Source: a bacterium (lineage in GTDB: Bacteria > Patescibacteriota > Patescibacteriia > JACQRZ01). Taken from it: a stretch of DNA of 64,000 bases. Where the stretch lies: contig JAUYIE010000020.1 of NCBI GenBank assembly GCA_030688365.1, positions 16,337 to 80,336 of the forward strand, given 5' to 3'. The translations under genes were made by a program, and so were the position numbers. The notes below the pieces were generated by a model. The model was given only the letters and a program-made list of their open reading frames with translations. It was not told the DNA's origin and did not search any database. This document shows positions 10,440 to 19,014 of the stretch, in pieces (position 1 is the first letter of the stretch; each line of letters opens with the position of its first letter).

Positions 10440-10673
10440 ATGAGTAATAGTAATCAAGTACAGTATTGTAAGGCGTGCTTGCGCACGCGGGATACTAATT
10501 TCTTTAGCATCGGTTTGTTCATCATATGTGATGAATGTGTTAATCGGTATTATAAAAGAAAAACTTGTCCTAAATGTCTTTGTACTAGCTTTAAGCTAAG
10601 AGCTTTTTGGCACGTGGAGTGTGCCAATTGTGGCGAGGTATTTTTACAGTATAAAAATAAAAACGAAAAATGA
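10440..10673 (+). CDS. Cys4 double zinc-ribbon small protein (77 aa)
   Basis: Four CxxC pairs (CKAC, CDEC, CPKC, CANC). RBS AAAGGAG upstream. Confidence 0.5.
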   Translation: MSNSNQVQYCKACLRTRDTNFFSIGLFIICDECVNRYYKRKTCPKCLCTSFKLRAFWHVECANCGEVFLQYKNKNEK

Positions 10674-10749
10674 TTCAGGGTAAACGAAGGTATCTTATTA
10701 CAAGATACCTTCTAATTTTCCTTATAATTCCGAGATCAGACCTCTCAAC

Positions 10750-10767
10750 ATGTTCCACGTGGAACAT
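10750..10767. promoter_or_regulatory. parS-like palindrome, site 2
   Basis: ATGTTCCACGTGGAACAT. First of three phased copies in the convergent intergenic region. Confidence 0.6.
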
Positions 10768-10792
10768 TTTGCATACACCCTAACCCCAAATA

Positions 10793-10810
10793 ATGTTCCA
10801 CGTGGAACAT
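10793..10810. promoter_or_regulatory. parS-like palindrome, site 3
   Basis: AATGTTCCACGTGGAACATT, a 20-bp perfect palindrome. It is 43 bp from site 2. Confidence 0.6.
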
Positions 10811-10837
10811 TTTGGTAACATATCGCGTGACTCGGAA

Positions 10838-10855
10838 ATGTTCCACGTGGAACAT
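10838..10855. promoter_or_regulatory. parS-like palindrome, site 4
   Basis: AATGTTCCACGTGGAACATT. It is 45 bp from site 3. Confidence 0.6.
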
Positions 10856-10912
10856 TTTGAGGATATAAAGTACAAAAAACCAAATAAAAATAAGGATTCG
10901 TGTTTAGAATCC

Positions 10913-11403
10913 TCACTCTCTTTGTGTTATGTGAGTAGATAAATCTATCTCTGTGGTTGTTTTAGTATTCATTGGCGCTAAGTTCAACCATTTGAGCACC
11001 GCAAGTGATCGCGGATTCATTTGGTAAGCCTTTTCTGCGCAGTCTGTGGCACGAACAACCATACCAAGCTCCCAATAAATGTTTGCACAAACAAGAAATG
11101 CATCAGCGTTATCCGGATAGTTTTTAATGTATTCCGTCATCCATGATAGGGCATCATTGAAAGATTCTATCTGTTCATAGGATATAGCTAACCTATAAAG
11201 AGCGATTTCGTGTGTCGGATTACAGTCTAGTATTTGTTTATAACACTTTATTGCTTCTTGAAATCCTTTTATAAACTCTGTGGATCCTTTTTTGTATTCA
11301 TAAGCCTTTAAAGTAGCTTGATATGCCACATTCACGAGTTCTTCCTCATCTACATAAATTGTAAAGAACCATTCCTTGATACTTTCGTACATTTTGTACC
11401 TCC
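10913..11403 (-). CDS. TPR-repeat protein
   Basis: TPR-like helical repeats. The start was re-set to the ATG at 11403 (MYESIKEW), preceded by AGGAGG. The longer tabulated N-terminus only translates the palindromes (NVPRGT). Confidence 0.55.
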
Positions 11404-11462
11404 TCGACTTGTAATATAGATATATAATCAGTATACGCCACAAAAGAGAGGACAGCCAAAAA

Positions 11463-11480
11463 ATGTTCCACGTGGAACAT
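11463..11480. promoter_or_regulatory. parS-like palindrome, site 5
   Basis: AATGTTCCACGTGGAACATT. It sits in the promoter region of the 10913..11403 TPR gene. Confidence 0.6.
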
Positions 11481-11505
11481 TTTGGACACAGTTCAGCCAC
11501 AAATA

Positions 11506-11523
11506 ATGTTCCACGTGGAACAT
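11506..11523. promoter_or_regulatory. parS-like palindrome, site 6
   Basis: AATGTTCCACGTGGAACATT. It is 43 bp from site 5. Confidence 0.6.
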
Positions 11524-11600
11524 TCTGTGAATAAATTTCCAAAAAAATAAGCATTTTTAATAAAATGCCTATATTTCTGATTGATTTTCCTAAAAACATT

Positions 11601-11628
11601 ATTAATTGTTCCACGTGGAACAATTAAT
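11601..11628. promoter_or_regulatory. parS-like palindrome, site 7 (28-bp perfect palindrome ATTAATTGTTCCACGTGGAACAATTAAT)
   Basis: It overlaps the stop codon of the 11624..12178 TPR gene. Confidence 0.6.
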
Positions 11629-12178
11629 TCGGGCAAAATGTTTCTAAAAGTCTTGCCGCTAAATTCCCATCAATTCTTTTTGCTATATTAAGTGTTTTTT
11701 GCACCAATAAAGAGTCTTCATACTGCTGAAAGCTTTCATTTTGCATTAGTTTTGAATAGCAGTCAGCAATTAAAATTAATGCTGGTACTGATTTCGCATT
11801 GATAGAAATAGCATGAATCAGATCCAAGATGGCTTTAGAATAATCAGCTCGTGAATGGAACACAACTGCTCGTAATATGTATCCCTTCTCGCTGTTGGGA
11901 TAGGCAAGGATATACTGGCTTAGATCAGAAATAGCTAAATTTACATCTCCAATTGTTAGAAATGCCGTTGCCCTAAGACAAAGTGCTCTTGGATTATTTG
12001 GTTCATCCTCTAAAACTGAACTTACAAAATAAATCGCTTTTTTCATCTGATAAGCATATTCTATATCAATATTTTGTTCTGACCTAGGCAGGTTACATGC
12101 TTTTTTTATCGCTCTATTTGCGAGTTTACACGAAATTTTATTTTTTATGTTAAAGAACCATCTTCTAAGTTTTTTCAT
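11624..12178 (-). CDS. TPR-repeat protein
   Basis: 184 aa with repeated TPR-like helix pairs (ALCLRATAFLTIGDVNLAISDLSQYILAYPNSEKGYILRAVVFH...). Confidence 0.6.
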   Translation of the reverse strand: MKKLRRWFFNIKNKISCKLANRAIKKACNLPRSEQNIDIEYAYQMKKAIYFVSSVLEDEPNNPRALCLRATAFLTIGDVNLAISDLSQYILAYPNSEKGYILRAVVFHSRADYSKAILDLIHAISINAKSVPALILIADCYSKLMQNESFQQYEDSLLVQKTLNIAKRIDGNLAARLLETFCPN

Positions 12179-12240
12179 TATTGCATCTCCTTTTTGAAAT
12201 AATATATTTCCATCCTAGCATAAAAATCATTTCTTGTAAA

Positions 12241-12258
12241 TTGTTCCACGTGGAACAA
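12241..12258. promoter_or_regulatory. parS-like palindrome, site 8 (TTGTTCCACGTGGAACAA)
   Basis: It sits in the divergent promoter region between the TPR gene (minus strand) and the methyltransferase gene (plus strand). Confidence 0.6.
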
Positions 12259-12318
12259 TATGCGTCGCACAATATTTTGGTAAAGACCACATTGACACGC
12301 ATTAGATAAAGGGCGGAG

Positions 12319-12957
12319 TTGAAATCTATGAAAAGAGTGCAAGAGTCATGTCTCTTGTGCTATACTATCTATAAGGATTTCAAATCTATTTTATTATATA
12401 TGTTGGGAAAAGCACCGGCGGGGGGTACCTCCTTGATTGATCCGCGAACCGTTGTGGCTCGTCTGGATATTCATGATGGCGATATTGTGGCTGATCTTGG
12501 GTGTGGGGGAGGAGGGCATTTCATCAATTCTTTATCAACAGCCGTGGGAGCAAAAGGCAAGGTTTTTGCTTTAGATATACAGAAAAATGTTTTAAAAGTA
12601 GTAGAAGCAAAGATGAAATTGTTTAATCTTTCAAATGTTACAACAGTATGGTCTGACCTTGAAAGAGATGGATCAGCAGGAATTATTTCGGGATCATGCA
12701 CTATTGCACTTTTATTAAATGTTTTGTTTCAAAACTCCCGATATGAAAAGATTGTACAAGAGTCATTGCGTATGATAATGTCGGGTGGTCGATTGGTGGT
12801 TATTGATTGGAAACCGAGCGGATCGCCGTTTGGCCCTCCGTCTGATCGTCGTATTTCTCCACAAAAAGTCAAGGAAATTGCGCAATCCCTTGGTATTACT
12901 CTTTTGGAAGAGTTTGAAGCGGGACCGTATCACTATGCGCTTGTATTCAAGAAATAA
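12319..12957 (+). CDS. Class I SAM-dependent methyltransferase
   Basis: Motif I VADLGCGGGGHF and motif II-like VFALD. The true start may be the internal MLGKAPAGG. Confidence 0.7.
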   Translation: MKSMKRVQESCLLCYTIYKDFKSILLYMLGKAPAGGTSLIDPRTVVARLDIHDGDIVADLGCGGGGHFINSLSTAVGAKGKVFALDIQKNVLKVVEAKMKLFNLSNVTTVWSDLERDGSAGIISGSCTIALLLNVLFQNSRYEKIVQESLRMIMSGGRLVVIDWKPSGSPFGPPSDRRISPQKVKEIAQSLGITLLEEFEAGPYHYALVFKK

Positions 12958-13382
12958 TGAATAACCTTATGATTGCACCTCATTTGTACGATTTTCACTA
13001 TTGGTTTAGTTCTCATCCAGGTCCGTTGAGTGTGAGGGGGATATTAATATTGTCGTTTATTTTGTTTACCGTGATTGTGATTGATATTGTTAGTCGTATT
13101 ATTGGTAAAAAGAAGCGCAAAGTATGGGATTCGTTGACAAAAAACGTTGTTGGTCGCTTACACAACTGTTTTGTAACGATGATTGTATTTGGTATAATTG
13201 TGGTCTTTTTTGAATATGAAGGAGTTCCGGTTTTGGGTGCCCGCTATTTTGCACTTATTTGGACAATAGTATTATTAGTCTGGTTGATTGCTATTGGGCA
13301 TGAAACATACGTTAAAAATAAGGCATTGAGGAAGGAAGCTCAAAAAAAAGGTGAATTTACAAAGTATTTAAAAAATAAGTAG
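12957..13382 (+). CDS. Membrane protein, hypothetical
   Basis: 141 aa with four TM segments. ATGA-coupled to the methyltransferase gene. Confidence 0.45.
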   Translation: MNNLMIAPHLYDFHYWFSSHPGPLSVRGILILSFILFTVIVIDIVSRIIGKKKRKVWDSLTKNVVGRLHNCFVTMIVFGIIVVFFEYEGVPVLGARYFALIWTIVLLVWLIAIGHETYVKNKALRKEAQKKGEFTKYLKNK

Positions 13383-13389
13383 TAGAAAT

Positions 13390-13746
13390 CTGCAAAAAAG
13401 AGCGTTTGGTAATTTTGGAGAACAACTTGCCTGTGATTTTATCCAAAAAAAGGGTTACGAGATTTTGTCTCGTAATTTTTTTGTAAAAGGTGGTGAAATT
13501 GATATTATTGCACGACAAGGTAATGATCTGGTTGTAATTGAGGTAAAAACGCGTGCAAGTTTGGTATATGGTTTTGGTGAGGAAGCTGTGGATGCCCGGA
13601 AACTGCATCGGATGCGCTATGCGCTAACTCAATATCATGTTCTTTTTAAAATTCGTTATGTTCGGTTTGATATTATTTCGATAGAGATTGACAGGATGCG
13701 AATGACTTCAAAGATCAGACATATAAAAGATATCCAGACTTCGTAA
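13390..13746 (+). CDS. YraN/UPF0102-family endonuclease-like protein
   Basis: GEQLACDFIQKKGYEILSRNF...GGEIDIIARQGNDLVVIEVKTR matches the UPF0102 signature. There is no in-frame ATG; the start is probably a CTG or TTG (13390 or 13465). Confidence 0.6.
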   Translation: MQKRAFGNFGEQLACDFIQKKGYEILSRNFFVKGGEIDIIARQGNDLVVIEVKTRASLVYGFGEEAVDARKLHRMRYALTQYHVLFKIRYVRFDIISIEIDRMRMTSKIRHIKDIQTS

Positions 13747-13846
13747 CACACCATAAAGATAATGGCGTGTGTGAAAAATTGTTGTGTGGTATAATACTTA
13801 TGAACACGATTATGTGAGTGTTCTGTGGAATATTTTTATTTTGATT

Positions 13847-14782
13847 ATGAAAAAATTTGTTTTTTTGTTTGCCGTGCTGTTGTTGATGCCATTTATTTTG
13901 GTTATTCCATCACGTGTAGAGGCGCTGGAAATGTCACCAATTTTTTTTGATCTTACTGCACATCCTGGAGATTCTTTTTCTCAATCCATTAATTTGACAA
14001 ATGACACGAGCGAGGTCATGACTCTTAATTCTCATATTGGGATAATCAAAACTGCTTCAGCTGACGGTACGACATCACAATTACTTCCAAAACCCACAGA
14101 TGAAAATACTATTGCTGACTGGATTACGGTTACTACACCAAAGGTTACACTTCAACCGGGAGAAAAAAAGAAGGTATTATATTCGCTCACAGTTCCTTTG
14201 GATGCAACCGCGGGGGGGCACTATGCATGGATCTCGTATACAGAGACACCAACATTATCTTCAGGATCGCGGGTTGCCGTTTCTAGTGGTATCGCAACGC
14301 AGATATTATTAAAAGTACAAGGTGAGGTCAAAGAATCACTCTCACTACAAAGTTTTCAGACAAAAACAGGTATTGCTAGTTTTGAAAAATTACCCATTAC
14401 GTTTATAACACACATATTCAACGAAGGCACGACACATCAACGTCCGAGTGGAATTGTTGAAATCAAAAATTTTGGAGGTAAAACTATCGCTACGTTACCT
14501 TTTAACAATGATTCGGAAGGTGGAAATATTTTACCAAAGTCTGGGAGGTCATATGAGACGATATGGGACAGGGGATTTGCATTTGGAAAATATTCTGCAG
14601 TACTTGATGCCACATATGATGGCGAACAACATCTAAAAGGTTCGGTAACGATATGGGTGTTGCCAAAAGCGTTGATCATAATATGGACACTTCTTTTAAT
14701 TATTATTACAATGCTTATTGTAAAGGTGGTTGCGCGTATGTTTGATAAAACTCGTACAAAACCACTAAAGAAAAAGATATGA
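13847..14782 (+). CDS. Secreted/cell-surface protein with signal peptide and C-terminal TM anchor, hypothetical
   Basis: The start was taken at MKKFVFLFAVLLL (signal peptide). C-terminal hydrophobic anchor followed by KTRTKPLKKKI. ATGA overlap with the downstream giant surface-protein gene. Confidence 0.5.
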   Translation: MKKFVFLFAVLLLMPFILVIPSRVEALEMSPIFFDLTAHPGDSFSQSINLTNDTSEVMTLNSHIGIIKTASADGTTSQLLPKPTDENTIADWITVTTPKVTLQPGEKKKVLYSLTVPLDATAGGHYAWISYTETPTLSSGSRVAVSSGIATQILLKVQGEVKESLSLQSFQTKTGIASFEKLPITFITHIFNEGTTHQRPSGIVEIKNFGGKTIATLPFNNDSEGGNILPKSGRSYETIWDRGFAFGKYSAVLDATYDGEQHLKGSVTIWVLPKALIIIWTLLLIIITMLIVKVVARMFDKTRTKPLKKKI

Positions 14783-17598
14783 CATTAAGACACTCAATCG
14801 TATCGCGTTATTTTGTTGGTGCTGTATTGGTATTGTTGGTGCTGTTTGTCTCACCTCATTTATTATTTGCATCATCACTGACATCAATGAGTGATACTTT
14901 GAGTACACAGAAGGCAAGTACTGTTGCTAATCATAGAGTAGCTTTTACAAGCCCAAGCGGTGTATCGTCGGGAACCATTACCGTTGACTTTAGTAATGCG
15001 GTGAGCTCAACAGGTAGTGTGGATTTTACTGATATTGACTTATCATACGGCACGCTTGGCACAGAAACAGAAGCAACGTTGGCGACATCAGCAGCAGCTG
15101 CCACATGGGGTGCTTCATTGAGTTCAAGTATTTTAACTTTGACATATCCGACATCCGGCGGGACAGCAATCGCATCTGGCGATAAGGTGGTTATTGAAGT
15201 TGGTACAAACGCTAGCGGTGGTGTTAATCAAATGACAAACACCACAGCAGGAAGTAGTAAGGTACTCACTATCACAACAGCTTCAGATAGCGGGAAGTTG
15301 GCGATCGCAATAGTAGATGCAAGTTCAGTCACAGTGACAAACAATATTGATGTTCCTAGCGCACCATCTTCTTTAAGTGAAGCAACAGGCGCTTCAAGTG
15401 TGACATTGACATGGACAGACAATTCCTCAAATGAAACATTATTTCTTATTGAACGAAGTATCACTGGCGGTTCTTTCAGTCAAATAGGATCAGTAGCAAC
15501 AGGATCAACCACTTATACTGATAGTACAGTGAGAGGGAATACACGATATTCGTATCGTGTACGTGCTACAAACGGCGTGGATAATTCAACATATAGTGAT
15601 ACTGTCAATGTTACACTCTTAGGTGGAACAACAGCTTCATTGAGTGCACCGACAACGACAACCTCTACGACTACTCCAACAACAACACCAGATGGTAGTA
15701 CAAGTACATCAGACAGCACAAGTACAAACAACACACAAAGTACCACTGATACAAACACTGCAAGCGGTGCCACATCACAAACTACTGATACAATTATTCG
15801 ACCTCGTCCGAGCGATGAAGTTCCGTTTGATGCAACACCGAGCGCACCTGGTGTCGGTGGGTCAGGTAGTACAACAAGTAGTGGTTCAACTACTACCGGC
15901 GGAGAATCCACAGGTGGCAGTACTACTTCTGGTGGCGGTACAACTGGTTCGAGTGTTGTTGGCGGAGAATCCACAGGTGGCAGTACTACTTCTGGTGGCG
16001 GATCACTCAGTGGTGGTGCCATTGGCGGGGGTGGCGGGGGAATTGTTACCGGCGGTATTTCAACTGGTGGAGTTGTAGGTGGTAGTGGTTCTGGAAGTGG
16101 TGAAGTAGGTATGGCAGCAGGATATTCTGCAGATCTTTTTACAACTGCCGGTATTTCTCAAACAAACACATTTATTACTAATCCATTGGTGTGGAATGTG
16201 ATGATGACATCAGGTGGATCTACACCATATAGTAGCGGAACGTTTTGTACAAAAACGACAACCAATTTTGTACCTTGTATTCCTACAGATGCATTTCCTG
16301 GTCCTGTATATCAAACGAGTATAAATATGGCAGGCGCACTATATCCACTGTCATTTGATGAAGATAAGCAATGTTATACCGGTACAGTAGCAGTTCCCAG
16401 CGGGCTTGGTTCATATGTTATGTCTCTTCGCACTACATACGAAGATGGTACAACGTCAGTTGTGGATTCAAAACTAGCGGTTCAGAATTCATGTGCTGAT
16501 TTTGTACTTGCCGCGATGGAACCAAATCCTTTTGTGATCCCAGGACTTCCTGAAGAAGTGCAACAAAAAGTATCGGTCCAAATTCAATCATTTAATAATC
16601 AAACTGAAAACATTGTTGAAAAAGGAGAAACGACACTGCAAGTTGCATCTGTGGTGGTTGCAACAAGTATCCTCGTTCTGGCTCCTTCAATGGTGGGAAA
16701 TCTTCCAAATGCATATCATTTTGTATATCAAAATATAACATCGATTTTTTCTTTGTTTGGTTATAAAAAGAAACGACGAAAAAAGTGGGGTGTTGTCTAT
16801 GGTGCGTTTAGTAAGGAACCGGAAAGTTTAGCGATTGTACGATTATATAATGCGGTTACAAAGAAACTTCTTGAAACGCAAGTTACAGATAAAACCGGAA
16901 GGTTTAGCTTTATCACTCAAGCAGGAAAATATATTGTTAAAGTAAGTAAAGCTCCCTTTGTTTTTCCATCCAATATAATTAAAGGGAATGCAGATGGTTC
17001 ATATGGAAATATCTATCGTGGTGGCGAGATCTATTTAGCAAGCGATAGTGATGAGATTTCTATAAGCATTCCAATTGATCCTAAACAAAGAACTTCAATC
17101 AAAGAAGGATCATTTTTTGGGGCAGTACTTGATTTATTGGAAAAATATGGTCCGTATTTTGCGCTTGTTAGTTTCTTGGTTAGTGTTTCTTTAATAATAT
17201 ACGCACCAAGTCCGCTCAATATTACGATTTTTATTCTGAACGTGTTAGTAGTCTTATTACAGTTCTTGGTTGTACCGCGTATTCGTAAATCGTGGGGGAT
17301 AGTATTTGATGATAGTACCAACAAACCATTATCGTTGGCGACTATATCGTTATTTGATGCAAAATCCAATAAGTTGGTTCGATCACGTTTGAGTGATGTA
17401 CATGGAAGATTTAATTTTCTTGTACCGGCAGGGGATTATAAGATTATTGCTTCGCGGTCAAATTATGATTTTCCTTCAAAACCTAATAAGAAAGCATCTA
17501 CATATCGCCATCTGTATTTTGGTGAAAAACTTCATATTAAAAAGAATAATGGTGTGATTAGGGTCAACATTCCTATGCACAGACGACCTCTTGCGTAG
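14779..17598 (+). CDS. Giant cell-surface protein: signal peptide, FN3 domain, Thr/Ser/Gly-rich low-complexity tandem repeats, TM segments and two CarD/Cna-B-like beta-sandwich domains
   Basis: FN3 signature LTWTDNSSNETLFLIERS...YSYRVRATNG. GGESTGGSTTSGGG tandem repeats. Two repeats like ...TDKTGRFSF...AGKYIVKVS. Confidence 0.7.
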   Translation: MTLRHSIVSRYFVGAVLVLLVLFVSPHLLFASSLTSMSDTLSTQKASTVANHRVAFTSPSGVSSGTITVDFSNAVSSTGSVDFTDIDLSYGTLGTETEATLATSAAAATWGASLSSSILTLTYPTSGGTAIASGDKVVIEVGTNASGGVNQMTNTTAGSSKVLTITTASDSGKLAIAIVDASSVTVTNNIDVPSAPSSLSEATGASSVTLTWTDNSSNETLFLIERSITGGSFSQIGSVATGSTTYTDSTVRGNTRYSYRVRATNGVDNSTYSDTVNVTLLGGTTASLSAPTTTTSTTTPTTTPDGSTSTSDSTSTNNTQSTTDTNTASGATSQTTDTIIRPRPSDEVPFDATPSAPGVGGSGSTTSSGSTTTGGESTGGSTTSGGGTTGSSVVGGESTGGSTTSGGGSLSGGAIGGGGGGIVTGGISTGGVVGGSGSGSGEVGMAAGYSADLFTTAGISQTNTFITNPLVWNVMMTSGGSTPYSSGTFCTKTTTNFVPCIPTDAFPGPVYQTSINMAGALYPLSFDEDKQCYTGTVAVPSGLGSYVMSLRTTYEDGTTSVVDSKLAVQNSCADFVLAAMEPNPFVIPGLPEEVQQKVSVQIQSFNNQTENIVEKGETTLQVASVVVATSILVLAPSMVGNLPNAYHFVYQNITSIFSLFGYKKKRRKKWGVVYGAFSKEPESLAIVRLYNAVTKKLLETQVTDKTGRFSFITQAGKYIVKVSKAPFVFPSNIIKGNADGSYGNIYRGGEIYLASDSDEISISIPIDPKQRTSIKEGSFFGAVLDLLEKYGPYFALVSFLVSVSLIIYAPSPLNITIFILNVLVVLLQFLVVPRIRKSWGIVFDDSTNKPLSLATISLFDAKSNKLVRSRLSDVHGRFNFLVPAGDYKIIASRSNYDFPSKPNKKASTYRHLYFGEKLHIKKNNGVIRVNIPMHRRPLA
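15830..16130 (+). repeat. In-frame tandem repeat (GGESTGGSTTSGGG units) within the surface-protein gene
   Basis: Near-identical DNA units (ggcggagaatccacaggtggcagtactacttctggtggcgg) repeated at least twice with flanking degenerate copies. Confidence 0.6.
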
Positions 17599-17733
17599 AG
17601 AGTTGAATCCACTGTTTTAGACTTGACGAATAAAAGGAGTAGCGGTATACTCCTTTTATTGATAGTTTATACTCTTAAACTATCTTTTTTTTTGAAGTCA
17701 ATCGTCTTTTTTAAAGACATTATTATAATCAAT

Positions 17734-18984
17734 ATGAACAATCCAATTGCATCAGCAATCAAGCAAGTATGTGATGAGAAAAATATCCCTCAAGAGTATG
17801 TGATTGAGGCACTTGAATTTGCACTTGCTGCAGCATATCGTAAAGATTTCGGTGAAAAGAATCAAAATATTAAAGCAGAGTTTGATATTCAGACAGGGGA
17901 TTCACGTATTTTTGATGTGAAGACAGTTGTTCGGGATTTTTCTCCTGAAGAACTTGAAGATCAATTAGCGAAAGTAACGGAACATCGTGTTGAAGACAAA
18001 GCTGATAAACAAGACGAAGCAGAAGAGGAAAAACGCTTCAATCCCAAAACAGATATTATGATTTCTGATGCAAAGATATTGAGAGAGGATTCAGATGTCG
18101 GTGAAGTGATTAAAACAGAGTTGCCAGTAAATGAAGAGTATGGCCGTATGGCTGCACAGACAGCAAAACAAGTGATCATTCAAAAATTACGCGAAGCAGA
18201 GAGAGACTTGATTTTTGATGAATTTCAAGACAGACAAGATACCTTAATAATGGCGACAGTTCAAAGGAAGGAGACCTCTCGTGTATTGCTTGATATTGGA
18301 CGTGGTACTGCAATCATGCCAAATGAAGAATTGTCTCCTCGCGAGCGTTATATGCCCGGCGACCGTATCAAGGTATATGTAGTATCGGTTACGAGAGGCA
18401 CTCGTGGACCGGAGATTATCGTATCTCGCAGTCATGAAAATTTACTTCGAAAAATATTTGAAACTGAAATTCCTGAAGTAGAAAGCGGGGCGATTGAAAT
18501 CAAAGCAGTGGCGCGTGATGTAGGAGAACGTGCAAAAGTTGCGGTGGTGGCTTATCAAGAAAATATTGATCCGATAGGTTCATGTATTGGTCAGCGTGGA
18601 AGTCGTATTCAAACTATCATTGCAGAACTTGGAGGTGAAAAAGTAGATATCATACAATATGACGATGATGTGTCTATCTTTATTATGAACGCTCTTTCTC
18701 CCGCCAAAATCTCGCGAATAGAGCTGGATCAGGAAAACCATCGCGCTCGTGTGTTTGTGAAAGAGGATCAACTCTCACTGGCTATCGGTAAAGGAGGTCA
18801 AAATGTCAGATTGGCTTCACAGTTGACACATTGGAATATTGAAGTAGTATCAGAACAAGAGGGTGTGGGGCAGGAATCCAAAGATGAAGAAATGGCTGAT
18901 AATAAGGAAGAAAATAGCGATGAAGATTTGGATACACCCGAGAACCTCGCGGAAATTTTAACTGGATCAGAAGATGATAAATAA
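17734..18984 (+). CDS. nusA: Transcription termination/antitermination factor NusA
   Basis: N-terminal domain, S1 domain and two KH domains (AIGKGGQNVRLASQLTHWNIEV). Acidic C-terminal tail. The start was moved to the internal MNNPIAS. Confidence 0.85.
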   Translation: MNNPIASAIKQVCDEKNIPQEYVIEALEFALAAAYRKDFGEKNQNIKAEFDIQTGDSRIFDVKTVVRDFSPEELEDQLAKVTEHRVEDKADKQDEAEEEKRFNPKTDIMISDAKILREDSDVGEVIKTELPVNEEYGRMAAQTAKQVIIQKLREAERDLIFDEFQDRQDTLIMATVQRKETSRVLLDIGRGTAIMPNEELSPRERYMPGDRIKVYVVSVTRGTRGPEIIVSRSHENLLRKIFETEIPEVESGAIEIKAVARDVGERAKVAVVAYQENIDPIGSCIGQRGSRIQTIIAELGGEKVDIIQYDDDVSIFIMNALSPAKISRIELDQENHRARVFVKEDQLSLAIGKGGQNVRLASQLTHWNIEVVSEQEGVGQESKDEEMADNKEENSDEDLDTPENLAEILTGSEDDK

Positions 18985-19014
18985 GATTAATTCATAATTT
19001 AATTCATAAGTTGT

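Noticed and set aside
10722-11623. ORF-track proteins containing repeated 'NVPRGT' peptides (the 10722..10916 ORF and the N-terminal 73 aa of the 10913..11623 ORF)
   Set aside because: These peptides are translations of the palindromic repeat (aatgttccacgtggaacatt) and read the same on both strands. The real TPR gene starts at the ATG at 11403, which has an AGGAGG RBS. The 64-aa ORF is an artefact.
10406-12258. CRISPR array as an explanation for the repeated 16-18-bp element
   Set aside because: The repeats are perfect palindromes. Their spacing is irregular (43 to roughly 700 bp). They overlap promoters and a stop codon, and there are no cas genes. They are not CRISPR-like.
15513-16078. Antisense and alternate-frame ORFs inside the giant surface-protein gene (15513..16022 minus strand, 15644..16078 plus strand), and similar ones inside the LTD protein gene (48495..49031 and others)
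   Set aside because: Their Pro/Val- or Gln/Val-rich proteins are translations of the Thr/Ser/Gly repeat DNA in other frames. These are low-complexity artefacts that overlap confidently called genes.
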